A stretch of 56,734 bases of DNA, the filler included, from Bipalium vagum (Eukaryota): the NCBI GenBank assembly GCA_037834085.1. It is 3 parts of 3 records of this genome, joined end to end, with 100 filler letters (N's around TTAATTAATTAA, not from the genome) between each part and the next. Parts side by side here need not be neighbours in the genome. Positions count along the whole stretch, not along the records: positions 1 to 19,605 come from JBBMKC010271384.1; positions 19,706 to 39,061 come from JBBMKC010004616.1; 1 more part is not named here. One strand, written 5' to 3'. Every line of letters starts with the position of its first letter. Positions within the stretch are counted from its first letter, which is position 1. This document shows, one piece after another, positions 14,621-27,900 of the stretch. The position numbers were made by a program, and so were the translations under genes. Under the pieces are notes generated by a model. The model saw only the letters and a program-made list of their open reading frames with translations, was not told where the DNA came from and did no database searches.

Positions 14621-17600
14621 ATGATTGTGAGACTTTCGTTATTCAACAAAAGTGTAAAGGTTTAAATTATTATGGGATTAAAATTTTTAATGAATTTATT
14701 AGTTGTCAAATAGCTTAAATTTTTTTTCAACTCAACAACCTCTTCATCCTGGTTGGATTGAATTAGCTAAGAAGCAACTTAAAGGAGTTGATCCAAAAGA
14801 AAAATTAATTTGGCATACATTAGAAGTACTTAGTGATAATATTAAAATTATGTTTGATTTGTATTTCTATTAATACATAAGAAATAATTCATTAGTTTAG
14901 GATAATTAATTAAGATGGATATTTTATTCTTTAAATTTAATAATTCATATTCTTATCATTTATTGATTGAAAATAATTATTTTTATGTTTATAAGAAAAT
15001 TTTTAATATTCTATTAATTGATTGAATATTTTCTTTTCTTTCAGGGTATAGATATTAAACCTGTCTATACAAAGCAAGATACTCTGGAATTGCAAGAGGA
15101 ACTACCAGGAGTATTCCCATATACTCGTGGTCCATATCCGACTATGTACACACAAAGGCCTTGGACAATTAGACAGGCATTGGTCTTTTTATTGATTATT
15201 AGATATTTACATTTATATAGTATGCTGGATTTTCTACTGTAGAGGAGAGTAACAAGTTTTACAAAGAAAATATAAAAGCTGGTCAACAGGGATTAAGTGT
15301 TGCATTTGATTTAGCAACTCACCGAGGTACATCAGTGAAAAAACCCATTGAATCTGTTTTGATAATGGTTTTCAGGGTATGATTCGGATAATCCTCGGGT
15401 TTTCGGAGATGTTGGGATGGCTGGAGTGGCCATTGATTCTGTAGAGGATATGAAAAAGCTTTTTGATGGAATAGAACTCAAAAAGATCTCTACGTCCATG
15501 ACAATGAATGGGGCAGTTCTCCCTATTCTTTCCATGTTCATTGTTGCTGGAGAAGAACAAGTATTCAATTGTATTTTGTATTTTATTTTTAATAAGCACC
15601 TTAACGAAAAATAAAATAAAACATTAAATATAACTTGCAAATCTTTCCTTTTCAAATATAAAACTTTAAAATCAAAATAAATATTAGATGGATAACATAT
15701 TCAGTTGTACAACTGAAAAGTGTTTAGTTACCATATGAAAAAATGTAAAATATTTTAAATTAATCTTTTTGTTGACATTCGAGTTTTATTTAGAAGACTT
15801 ATCAACTCAACTCATCTCCAAGTTTCATCTTCTTGCCTTTGTTTTTAATACATATACATTTATAAATGAAAGTGATAAAAAAGTGACCAAAGTGATCCCT
15901 TTGATAAAAAGGCACGAGGTAATTATCTGTATACTATATCCAACATTAATTAATAGAGAGTTCTACATCTGAAAAATAGAATTGAAAAAAGTGTTAGTAT
16001 GTTCTTTATCAATCTTTATGTTTTCAAATGAAACACATTTTAGACTATTGATATTGAAAATGCATGTTCTCATTTCTGTTACGTACTCCGTCTGATATCA
16101 AAATAGGATTAAACGACTTTGAAAGATTGTTGAAGAATTTTGAGAATTGTGGTTTGTATATTGATGATCAAGATCATTACTTGAAGTTGCTTTCAATAAT
16201 TTTTCAATAAACCTTTGGTGCACTCTAATAATAAAGATATATATTTATGTTATTTTGAATTTATACGTGTTTCTGTTATACATTTCTTTGCAATGTCCGA
16301 TTTAAAAAATTGTATAACTCCGGTTTTCTGGACAGTGTTTTCAATATTTTAAATCGAGTGCTTTAGTTGATATTTTAGGGTTCTAAACAAAGTGAACTTA
16401 CTGGTACCATTCAAAATGATATTCTCAAGGAGTTTATGGTCAGAAACACATATATATTTCCTCCGGAGCCGTCAATGAAAATAATCGGCGATATATTTGA
16501 ATATACGGCTAAGGTATTTCTATTAGTTTTCGAATAATAAAAATAATATAAATGAGACAGCATATGCCAAAATTTAATTCAATTTCAATATCCGGCTATC
16601 ACATGCAAGAAGCTGGAGCAAATGCAGTATTAGAAATGGCATACACAATAGCTGATGGATTAGAATATTGCCGTACTGGACTTAAGGCCGGTCTTCACAT
16701 TGATGAATTTGCTCCGAGATTATCATTTTTCTGGGGAATTGGAATGAATTTCTATATGGTACTGCTTTTTTAAAAATATTTTCTTATTAAATTTCTTTTT
16801 AGGAAATTGCTAAGATGAGAGCAGGCCGTCGATTATGGGCAGAGCTAATCAAATCTAAATTTAATGCGAAAGACGAAAAGTCACTTTTATTACGTACTCA
16901 TTGTCAAACATCGGGATGGTCTTTAACTGAACAGGTATTTAAATACTTTTTTAAAATTGAAAATTAAAAAAAATTATTGGAAAAAAAGTTACAAATAATA
17001 TAAAATAATAATAAATTTAAAAAATAATAAAAGTAATAAAATACATGGTAAGTATCAGACTTCAAAGCAACGTAAGACATTTAAAAATAAATGTTTTGTA
17101 AGCAATTGTAAGCAATTGTGTTTCAGTTATTTTGATTTTGTCATTGTCAAAAAGCTTTTGTTAGCAAGTGTATTGTCTTGCAGACAAAAGATTTTTTTCT
17201 TCTGCAAACTTAGTTTTTCATGAATTTTCTCATCCAATTGGTCCAATATGCTTACATAATTCTAATACATGATAGTAATAATAAATTTAGAGAACTCAAC
17301 CGTTTAATGCAATTATCCCAAGATGAAAAAAGTAAATAAAAAAGACGATAATAATAATTACAGATTTCTGTTTCATAGTAAAATAAAATAACATGTTTAT
17401 AACTTTATTGAGTAAGATTAATGAATTTATAGGATCCTTATAACAATATAATGAGAACAACTATTGAAGCCATGGCTGCGGTTTTCGGAGGGACACAGTC
17501 CTTACACACCAATGCTTTTGATGAAGCCCTTGGTTTACCAACAAAATTCTCTGCTCGTATTGCTCGTAACACTCAAATTATAATTCAAGAAGAAACTGGA

Positions 17601-19399
17601 ATTACGAAGGTATTTTTTGCTCTGAAAAAATTTTTTTAATAATTGTATGATAATCTTTTTTTGTAAAAATTTTATATATTTTTTATAATGTAATATTATA
17701 ATGTTTGAAAAATAATCTAATCATTTGTTTTTTAATTATTATTCGAAAATATTAATTAAAATTTTTCTAATATTTGCACTCATTAATAAACTCAATAAAT
17801 CAATATTTGTCATGTTTTACAGATTTACTATCATTATTATTATTTTTCATCCATGTACTACAGTATTATTCATATGTAAATCCCATTTTTTGTTTTACTT
17901 GTACATTATTATGATCTAGTTTTATTTATAAAATAAACATAAGAATAAACAGATTTTAACACATTTTTCTGTATTAATGAGAAATTTACAAGTAAAGAAA
18001 AATAATTTTCGACTTATATCAAATATTAAAAGAAAATGAGAATTACTCATCTATTTGTTAATCAAACTTTAAGGTTTTTATAAATTTCTTCATCTTGCAT
18101 TAACTTTTCAACAATTTACAGAATATCACGAAAATAAATTATAATATTATATTTAAATACTTATTACTTAAAATTTTACTTATTTTTTCAACAAATCCAT
18201 TCAGATTTTATATACATGAGGTTTTCATCAAATTTATGTAAAAACGAGAAATTTTTTTTCTCTCATTGGTCATTTAAAAAGGATATAGAGAAAACATTCA
18301 TTATTAGAAGCTTTTATAATTAATAATATAAAAATATTTTGATCTAAAAAAAATTCCGTTTATATCTTAAGCTTAGTAGTAATAACACGATATGTATCAC
18401 ACATGAGTCATGAGCTTCAAATTGGAAAGGAATACGAAAGGAGTCGAAATAATTTTTTTAGAAATGAAATCACATTTTGTAAGTTTTTCAAAATTGCATA
18501 TTATTTGTAAAAATGCAATTTTTATGTGTCAATTCCCAAAAGCGTCTAGTAATAATAATACTAAAAAAAAGAGAAAATTCTGTCTTTACATATTTATTTA
18601 AGCATTTAATAGCGGTATATTTCAGTGAAAAATAAGTTTTAAAGTTTTTAATTCGACAAAAAACATAAAGGAAATTTATTACAGGTTGCCGATCCGTGGT
18701 CAGGGTCCTTTATGATGGAAACCTTAACAAATGAAATTTATTTGGAAGCCAAGAAAGTCATAGATGAAGTGATTTGGATAATGAGGTATATTACAGGCCA
18801 CGTTTAATCAAATAATCATTAAGGTTGAATCGATGGGAGGAATGGCTAAAGCTGTTTCAGAGGGTATTCCAAAATTGAAGATTGAAGAGTGCGCTGCTAA
18901 AAGACAGGCTCATATTGATTCGGGAAAAGGTCTGTTATGAATTTAATTTCAATTGGTAGTTCTTATCAGTGAAACAGAAGTTATTGTTGGAGTCAATAAA
19001 TATAAAGTCCAGGATCAGGAAAGAGTTGACGTTCTTCACATTGACAATACCAAAGTACGCGAATCGCAAATAGCTAAGCTTAAAGAACTTCGGGCCACAA
19101 GAAACAATTTAAAAGTAACAATTTGATTTTTAAAAATATTTAAATTTAATTTTGTGAAACACTTTTTTCAGGTCGAAGAAATTCTTAAAAAAATCGAGGA
19201 GTCCTGTAAATCTAATCATGGTAATCTGTTAAGTCTTTCAATTGAAGCTGCAAGAGCCCGTTGCTCTGTTGGTGAAATTACGGATGCCATGACCAATGTG
19301 TTTGGAAGGCATGTCTCAGTTGATCGATTGGTCAGCGGAGCATATCGATCGGAGTTTGGTGACGATAAAGAATTCACAGCTGTTTTAAATAAAGTAGAA
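14621..19399 (+). CDS. MMUT: Methylmalonyl-CoA mutase, mitochondrial (adenosylcobalamin-dependent); 5' part, C-terminal B12-binding domain missing at contig end
   Basis: Exons 14621-14659, 14703-14825, 15045-15176, 15221-15326, 15376-15560, 16379-16513, 16561-16758, 16803-16934, 17433-17609, 18685-18768, 18824-18929, 18978-19114, 19172-19399 splice in phase. Motifs: [27 protein letters not shown]...[112 protein letters not shown]; colinear with animal MUT. Confidence 0.98.
15682..16231 (+). mobile_element. Internally deleted mariner-like remnant in MMUT intron
   Basis: Ends with a mariner-type TIR AAACCTTTGGTGCACTCTAATA; weak C-terminal transposase similarity. Confidence 0.35.
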
Positions 19400-19437
19400 G
19401 TAAGTGACCTACCAAATCACGCATTATTATTAATATA

Positions 19438-19540
19438 CCGAAGATACTCGAATATAAGTCGACCTCGTGTATAAGTCGAGGGGGAAAATTGGGAAATTCT
19501 GTGAAAAACCGTATGACTCTAATATAAGTTGAGGTAAAAA
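19438..19540 (+). mobile_element. pogo/Tigger(Tc2)-type terminal sequence
   Basis: TA followed by CCGAAGATACTCGAATATAAGTCGACC with reiterated TATAAGTCG subterminal motifs; runs toward the contig end. Confidence 0.55.
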
Positions 19541-19605
19541 TATATGTCTGGGTAGTTTCCTCTTTCGTACATTTGGAAAATAACATAAAATAACAAGGAA
19601 AAAAT

Positions 19606-19705
19606 NNNNNNNNNNNNNNNNNNNNNNNNNNNNNNNNNNNNNNNNNNNNTTAATTAATTAANNNNNNNNNNNNNNNNNNNNNNNNNNNNNNNNNNNNNNN
19701 NNNNN
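19606..19705. other. Artificial contig spacer
   Basis: N44-TTAATTAATTAA-N44 (stop codons in all six frames), exactly 100 nt. Confidence 0.97.
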
Positions 19706-19869
19706 GATTCCAAGAATTAAAAATTTAATAATAAATCATTCATTTAAAAAATGTCAGTTACTTATGAAACACCCTGTATTATACAACGCGGGGATTATCA
19801 ATGTATCTCAAAATGGGTTATGTATTTCGTTATGATATTTGAGTGCTACATTATTTAAATGAAAAAAAA

Positions 19870-20490
19870 ATCAATTGAATATTAATTTGAAATTAATTGC
19901 TAAAGCGACATCAGGAATTTCCATTTCTCAAAAGAATTATTACGGATGGAGAAAAATAGATTTTATATAATAATATTGAGATCAAAAGATCTTAAGGAAA
20001 ACGTGGTAAGCTCGCTTGATTTTCACTCAAAAAAGCATTTTTGTGTATTTAGTGTGATTTATAAACGAGTTGATTAAATCAAATGAAAAAATAATATCCA
20101 GCTCAATTATTTGAAGGCAGCAATCGAAGAAAATCGACCGGTATTCATCTATAAATATGGTGTTATCTTTCAACAAGATAACTCGACACCACATGTTTCT
20201 TTAGAAACCAGATAAAAGTTATTGCAATTTGGTTGGGATGTTATGTCCTAACCAGTTTTTTCGCCAGATTTTAATTTGTTCCAATCTTTACAGAATTCTT
20301 TTTTATAGAAAAAAGGATTACCTTATGCACTTGGAAATTCTGGAAGGATAGGATTTCTAAATTACCTTACAGATGGTGAAAAGTCGTTGATTTAAATTGT
20401 GCATATATTGTTAAAAATTTTATTATAATAATAAAAAATCGACTGAATTTTCCTTAGAAATGCGAAAAAAACTTTACTCAATCCAATAAT
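19870..20490 (+). mobile_element. Defective mariner, 3' part
   Basis: RIITDGEK, FQQDNSTPHV, GWDVM..FSPDF motifs; TIR-like end AAACTTTACTCAATCCAATA. Confidence 0.75.
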
Positions 20491-20794
20491 TTAACATTTG
20501 ATTTATTTTTGTCAATGGCAAATTTTAGATTTGAATAATTAAGATGACGGTTTAATTATTTTTTGATTTGTGAAAAATAGTAAGATAAGTCTATATTTTA
20601 ATAATTATTATTGAAAAATTAATTAAAGATTTATTATTATTATGGAATTTATGTAATATTTTTTTGTGTGAAAGAATATTTCAGAATGATTTAGAATTCA
20701 TTTAAAACATATGATGTAGAGCTTTATAAAGCTTTTTTGCTTTATTCCTTAATATCTTATAGTTAACAAAATAAACAAGATGTTATACTTTCAG

Positions 20795-23700
20795 ATGGGA
20801 TCTGCCTTCTTTAAGTGAAGAAGATCGAAAATTAGCAGATATAACACCTAATAAATACTCGAAAATAAAATTTCATCCAAAATTGGAAAATGGTCTTAGA
20901 CCTGACATAAAACAAGAAGAAACTAATGAAAATGTAGATGAATTTCTTCAACAGTTCAAAGTTCATCCACATATAGTGGTAGCATTTACTGGTTTATTAC
21001 CAGAGCAAAGAGACAAGTTGACAGACCTTGTAGTCAGTCTGGGTGGTGAAGTGACGGAAGATATGAATTCGTTTACCCACTTAGTTGCAAAAAGTATTGT
21101 GCGAACTCCAAAATTTTATTTTGGCATATTACGTGGTTGTCAAATAGTTACTATAAAATGGATACAAGCTTGTGTATATAGACAACAATTTATTGGTAAT
21201 TATTTTTATAAAATATTTTTTCATTATTGTGTTTCTATGGATGTTTTTGAATAATAATGGAAAATATTCAATAGTTTATAATTTTTTTATTATTTGATAG
21301 CCAGTTTAGATGAAAAACGAAAGAATTAAATCAGCCAATGATTATTTAATATTTATTAATATCATTATTATCAATCTTAATTTTCTTTAATTAATTGATT
21401 TTACATTCCACGGAAAACATGGTTGATGTGAAAAAAGGACAACTTGTAAAATTTGGAAACTTATTCAAAATATAATCCTTAAAATTTAATATAGCTTAAA
21501 AAGAAATTAAATATTTTTAAAAGCAATGATAATTCTCTTTAGATATCTCAAAATCTCTCTTACTGTCTTTTGGACTTCCTAAATAATATTGATGCGGTTT
21601 CCATTCGTAGTCTTGAATATTCAAATTTGGTGAATAAGTAGTTGGCACCGTAATTTCTTTTCTGACAAAGTCAAACTTTACTTTGTATATGTTTGATCAT
21701 CAGAAGATATTCATCTTTTGGTTTGGTGGTTTGTCAGTAGCTCTATGGCTTCCAATGAGTTTTTGTCTTAATTTTTATGTCAAGACAATAGACCAATCAA
21801 AGTTCTTTTTGATCACTTGTCAGCAAGTGAGGAACAAAACGCCTGCAGTTTTTCTGTTGTTATAAATGTATTCTGAGAATATTAGTGATTTATTTATTGA
21901 GTTTGGTAGATATATATTTACCTTGATCCTTTACATGAATTTTAAACACTGAACAGTATGTGACAAAAATCTTTGTGAACAGTTTTCTCCATTCTGCAAT
22001 CTTGAATACCACTGTCGAATACATTCTGTCGATTCAATGGATCTAAAATTAGCTTTTAAATCACCAGAAATATTACATTGACACAACCTAATTATTTTAC
22101 ATTTAATTGTTAAAATCTAAAATAAATACTGTCATTAGATATATAAGAAAGGAACAAGACAACCTTGAAATTTTTAATAATAACCAGATATTGAGCACAT
22201 AAAATGAAATTAATCATTAAGAGTTACCACTGTCATCTTTCATATTTATCACTAGTCACCTTTAGTATGGGTACTTACTGTATATATTGAAAACTAATAT
22301 TTAAATTTAAATCGATTTTAGTCAAATTTTGCAAAATAAAAATCATAAAATTTCAACATAATATTTTTGAAACTTTTTAATTTTTGTCTTTGATTTACAT
22401 ATATAAAAGTCTGACATCAATTTAAAACTTAATAAAGAAAATTTAAAACTAATGTTGAAATGTATTGGTTTTGACAGATGAGAAACTTTGGAGACTTAAA
22501 GATAAAGAAGGTGAGTTACAATATGGATTTTCGCTTCAAGAATCCTTAGCAAGAGCTCAAAGCAGATTAATAAATCAAATGAAGCCGCTATTCGACTCTT
22601 TGGAGTTCTTTTTGTCCCCACGCGCAAAGCATCGTCAGGTTTGTATTGATTTGATACGTGCGTGTGGTGGCACAATTCGAGAGAAGAGACCTATCCAGAA
22701 AATGGCTCTTATGCCTGAACCAAAACATTTGATTATTTGTCATGAAGATGATAGTCATCTTGCAAATTATCTTACCAGAACCAAGACCGGTAATAAAGCT
22801 GTGCATCACGAAGAATTTGTTTTGAGTGGAGTAATGCGACAAGAACTGGATTACTATTCCTATCAAATCCAATATGTCAGTGTGATGAAAAATGCTTATA
22901 ACAATCATGCTGCTCTATCAAATTCAGTTGAGGTTAAAAAATTTTTTTCTTTATCACATCAATATGACTCCTTGATTATTTATTTATTCATTTAAATTCT
23001 ATTAATTAAAAATGACTTTTGATAGTATTGGATGATTTTATAAAAATACTGTTTTTTAAGGATTACTTTTAATGAAAAATTATTAGCATCTGTTTACAAT
23101 TGTATTCCTTTAACTAGCGATAAGCTAGTAAGATCTTAAAAATATTAATTGAACATTTTTATGTCGTGTGTCATCGTTAACCTAAAATGATTATTTCAAC
23201 GGTTGAACTATTTTTAATTTGATAGTTTTTCTTCAACAAAAATCAGATATTTTACGATTACATGATATTTTTGTAATTTACATTTTTTCATCCCCAGTTC
23301 TCAAAATCGTTTGACTATCCTTATAATATTTATTTATATGTTAGTATTTTTACAATTTATAATTTATTAATCAATGTAAATATATAATTTAATATATTAT
23401 TAAATTAAATTATTATTTTTTATAAACTAATTTATCAATATACATGATAATTTTGTAATTAATTAATTTATAGTTTAAAGTGTTATTTTTACATATGAAT
23501 AAAGATCATTTTATAATGTATTATTTATATAAAGATCTTTTTGTACAGACTTTTTAAGTGTTGATTTGTTTTTATTCTATGTGAAGTATTTTAAGATTCT
23601 ATTCTGAGATTTCGGAAATTAACTTTTTAAATGCATTCTTATAAAAAGAATATTTATCATTTTAAATTAAACTAGGAGAAAGATCATTAATTATTTACAC

Positions 23701-23832
23701 TTTTAAAAAATAAATTAATAAAAAAACTTAATTAGTTATTAATTATGATAAAAAATTTAGATAAAAAATTATTTATCTTTGTATAAAGATTAATCTTTAG
23801 AAAATGATTATAAATACTAATTTTAAAATACC

Positions 23833-23894
<62 letters not shown>

Positions 23895-25578
23895 TAAAAT
23901 TAGAATTAGAATTAGAATGTTCCTTACTTTCAACACAAATAGACATAATCATCGGAATTAATTCATGTTTTTCAGTTTAGTTTTACATTTGAGGACAATT
24001 TAACAATGTTGGTCTTCAAAGATTTGTACCGCCAAGTGTTGTTAAGGTCTAATTCAAGAGCGTTTAAATTTAGTCTGTCTCTTTGGAGAGACAGTGAAGA
24101 GGCTAGTTTATAAAGAAATGCATTTCTTAGAAAATTTGTAGACAATAATCATAGTTCATTAGACCTGTGAGACAAAATAATCTGTTGATATTTCAGTAAG
24201 CTTTTGGAGCTGCAATTTTTCAACAGTTTTCAGGGCGTGCTTTAAAGTAAAACTAAGAGGAAAATAGTAATTTTGGAATACAAGAAATTTAGTATTTACG
24301 AGATAGAAATATAAAATTCAAGAAATAAGTGAGATCATAACAAAAATAAATATTTTCAAGTAGAATTTTTAAGGACTTCATTTTTATAAAAATTGAAAGA
24401 TTATTTATTTAAATCTAAACTTAATATTGAGACCTTATTGACTCAATTGACTTTATTTATCAAGGGAAGAAAATACTTTTTATTTTCAAAAAAATATATT
24501 ATATGTACTCAAATGTTAATGTTATATGTTAAAATGTAAAAATAAAGATTTTTGTTAATATCTTAGTATTGTGAAGTACACATTTTTTGAAGTTGGTACG
24601 TTTTTAAATTTTCACATTTCTTAAGTAAGTACTAAAGATGTGGTATAAAGAAATTCGGTACTCTTTAAAAAATTTTTACAATGATACAAGAATGCTAGCA
24701 AGCTGCAAGAACATTTTATAATTTTAATGAGATGCAATATCAGTATGAGTAGCACAATATTAGTTTATTCTACTTTTAAAAATTCATTTTCAGGGTTTTT
24801 TTATAACATACGAAAAAACATTTTCCCCACCTAATATAACAATATTAAAATATTTATTTTTTATATTTCAGTATAATTCTTCTGGTCAGCAGGATTTTTG
24901 TCTAGGAAGATGTAGTCCATCACGGTCCGTCAAGTCGGACAGTACAGCAGAAACCACAAATCAGGCCAGGGAATTAGATTCTTATGAGCATGAGCAAGCA
25001 GCGTCTACAAATCAGAAAATGGAACAGGCTCCATTCATTGTTAAGTCTGAAGCAACGACTCAAAAATATCCTGATTCTAATATCTTTTCCAAAATCGGTT
25101 TTCCTACAACAAATGTTCCAACATCTTTTCCTATAGTCACAAAGAATATTGACCAATTGACAAATTCATCGAGGGATACTGAAATCTTTAAAGACGTAGA
25201 AGAGATTGTTAAAAAGTCGAGCTCGGATATAAAGATTGAAGAATCTGTGGAGTCTGTTGAAAACAGGCCACAGATAAATCCTTCGATGATTGCAGCAGAA
25301 GCTGTTGTTATGTACTGCAAAGATCAAATTGTTAACATATCTTCTCCCAACCAAGAAGCTTTTGGCATGAAAGTTGACGACACGACGGTTCATGGAAATG
25401 TTATCAGTTCTTCAATGGTTCCCATTAATCTACCGGATAAATATAATGCATCCTCAATTATGGTGCGATTTTAATTGATAAAGGTGATATCTGAACTTAG
25501 TTATTTTAGAATCAGCACAGTCAATCTACAATGGATGAAACTATTGAACTACACGCTGCCTCTCCCACAAATGTATAA
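20795..25578 (+). CDS. PAXIP1: PAX-interacting protein 1 (PTIP), 3' part: terminal tandem BRCT pair plus C-terminal extension
   Basis: Exons 20795-21195, 22478-22932, 24872-25462, 25510-25578 (TAA). VAFTGL...LGGEVTED...THLVAKSIVRTPKF...WIQAC...FIDEKLWRLKDKEGELQYGFSLQESLARA...VHHEEFVLSGVMRQELDY matches PTIP BRCT5-6; MDC1 is the less likely alternative. 5' exons lie beyond the contig break. Confidence 0.85.
21450..22282 (-). mobile_element. Decayed Tc1-like element in PAXIP1 intron
   Basis: TYSPNLNIQDYEW (YSPDLNP-like) near 21600-21645; TIR-like TA-CAGTAAGTACCC at the right end. Confidence 0.35.
23834..23894. repeat. (AAT)n microsatellite
   Basis: About 20 units. Confidence 0.95.
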
Positions 25579-25617
25579 AGAATAACGTAGTTTTTTGATT
25601 TTCCACTGTTATCGATA

Positions 25618-25623
25618 AATAAA
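25618..25623 (+). promoter_or_regulatory. Candidate polyadenylation signal of PAXIP1
   Basis: AATAAA 40 nt after the stop; weak evidence in AT-rich DNA. Confidence 0.4.
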
Positions 25624-25958
25624 ATTGCTATCTATATCTGATTAAAGTTGTTACCTGCTATTTCTTTCTGTAACGACTTGAAATGATTAATCATAAATAT
25701 TTCAGAATTTTTCATCAGTTTATCGGTTTTTTATCGGTCACAAGTTAAAAAAGTGAACAAGTATCATAGAATTTACAAAATTTTAAAATTATTATTATTA
25801 TTAAAAAGAAATATTTGATAAAGGTTTTTAATATAACTGATTCCATCTTAGCAATCAATGATAAAAATGCATTCTTCATTGTACAACATTATTAAAATGT
25901 GAATTTACTGAAATAAATTCAATAACATCGAATTATTAAAACAATTCATCATTTAGAC

Positions 25959-27900
25959 CAGGGTTTCCCAACCTTTTTGGTATCGCGACCACATTTTTGA
26001 ACCAAACAAATGTTGGCGATCCCACTATATATAAAATACAATAACAATTAATTCTACTAATAATTTATTATTAATAACAAAACATTTATTCAATCACCAA
26101 ATCTTAATGAGACTGTTGATATTGTAACTCATTGACTAGCTTTAAAATACCTGGTTGCGTTTGTGTTAATGCCAACATCATTTCGGCATTAACATTGAGT
26201 CGGTTTCTTGCTTTGCTTTTCAATTGCAGAAGTGTTGAAAATCCACTCTCATAGATATGTTGAAGCAAAGGGAAGTAGAATTCTAAACACAATCATTGTG
26301 ACTTTTTGATATGAGTGATACATAGCACACCTGAACTGAGTTAGCCGATTTTCGGCTAATAAGTGGCGAGCCGCAGAAAGTCCAAGAATTCATTTTTCAC
26401 ATCATCAGGAATACTGGATATATCAATGGAATCAAAAAATGAATATCGTACTAGTAAAGTTTCTTCCTTAGTCAATTGAGGGAAATAATACACAAGCTCA
26501 TTTTCAAGAGATTGAAGATGTTTTGTGATCTCTTTTTAAATGGACATTGGTTTCGCATTTAAATTCTATTTTACTGGATAGTTTTTCAAACATTACCATG
26601 TTTCCTGTATCTATTTTACTTCGCCAGTTTTGCAGTTTGGCTATGAATGCTCTAAGATTGTCTTGAAATCCAATGATAGTTAAATCTCTTCCTTGTAATC
26701 TAAGATTCAGGATATTTTGTTGTTCTAATATATCTGATAGATAAGCGATTCTATACAACCAAGACTGATCATCAAAATATGCCGCAAATTCATATTTTCC
26801 ATGAATATTTTGATGTTTTCTTTCAACTCATAAAAACGACCGACCATATTTCTTTTTAATAACCATCGCACTTCAGTAAAATAAAAAGAACCCCGTGATC
26901 AGAGTTCATGTCTTTGCATAATTACTTAAAAAGACGACTAATTAGAGATCCAGATTTTATGTAATTTACCATTCTGATCAAACAATCAAGTGCCTCTTTC
27001 ATTGGAGTTCGAAGAGTTTTACAAGCTAGAGCATATTGGTGAATCATGCAATGTAAACCTTTAGTTTCAGTAGCATAATCTCTTGCTCTCTTTTGAAAAA
27101 CAGAATTGGATCCTAGCATAGCTGGAGCACCATCCGTACAAATTCCACAAACTTTTCCCCAATCCAATCCATTCACTAAAAAGAAATTATTAATCTTATT
27201 CACAATATCTTCTTTTTGAGCAGTAGATTCTGGTTGGCTACAAAATAGCAACTCTTCTTTCATTTCTTTTAAATGAATATACCTTACGAAGACAACAATT
27301 GAGCACATAAAGTTACATCCGTTGATTCGTCTACCTACAATGCAAATAAAGGTGAATTTTTAATTTCCATCAAAATTTGCTCTTCAACATCTTTAGAGAT
27401 ATCAGCTATACGCCTTTGAATAGTATTATTGGATAAAGATATTCTTTGCTTCTTTACTTCCATAGAATCACCTAGAATCAACTTTACCATCTTTAACATG
27501 CAGGGTTTTATCAGAGTTTCTCCAATCGTATGAGGTTTTTTATGCTTGGCAATACTCAATGCGATTTCATATGATGCCTACAGTATTGATGATTGTTCTT
27601 TGTTAAATGTTCCTGTTTGGTCTATTCTTTCTTTTTTACAATAATTCTCATATCTGCGGAAAAAATCGACATCCTTTTTAGAGTGCTTTAGATGTTTCGC
27701 TGGTAAATGTCTTAAAATTTTTGATGGCTTCATAGATTCTGAACTTAGAACTACTTTACATAAAACACACTGAGGTTTTATTATTCCATTATTAGTTATG
27801 GAATTAGATCCATATTTGATATAATCTGGATCATATACACGTTCTCTAATCATAGTTTGTGTTTTCTAAATAGATATGTGATTTATTATAAAATTTTTAA
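25959..27900 (-). mobile_element. hAT transposon (Buster/Charlie, ZBED5/SCAND3-like transposase), pseudogenised, only one TIR visible
   Basis: TIR CAGGGTTTCCCAACC at 25959, preceded by ATTTAGAC (nTnTAGAn-type hAT target). Fragments: BED finger PQCVLC...MKPSKILRHL..KH; KKPHTIGETLIKPC; SLSNNTIQRRI; CTDGAPAMLG; HCMIH; IAYLSDI; ESGFS...KSKARNRLN. Multiple frameshifts and stops. Confidence 0.93.

Noticed and set aside
14621-19399. Bacterial horizontal origin of the B12-dependent mutase
   Set aside because: At least 12 spliceosomal introns, a presequence-like N-terminus and colinearity with animal MUT including QQPLHP.
19650-19661. TTAATTAATTAA palindrome as a piggyBac target or regulatory site (also 39106-39117)
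   Set aside because: Centred in exactly 44+44 Ns both times; a six-frame-stop linker.
19172-21195. MMUT-BRCT fusion gene or B12-independent mutase
   Set aside because: The two halves are separated by a synthetic contig spacer, so adjacency is not biological evidence.
21900-22050. piggyBac-like STECIRQWY peptide in the PAXIP1 intron
   Set aside because: Too short, no TTAA-flanked CCC termini, and nearby motifs fit Tc1 better.
15065-25393. Antisense ORFs over MMUT and PAXIP1 exons (15065-15286, 15332-15655, 22588-22908, 25060-25320, 25166-25393)
   Set aside because: Shadow frames of real exons, with no independent motifs.
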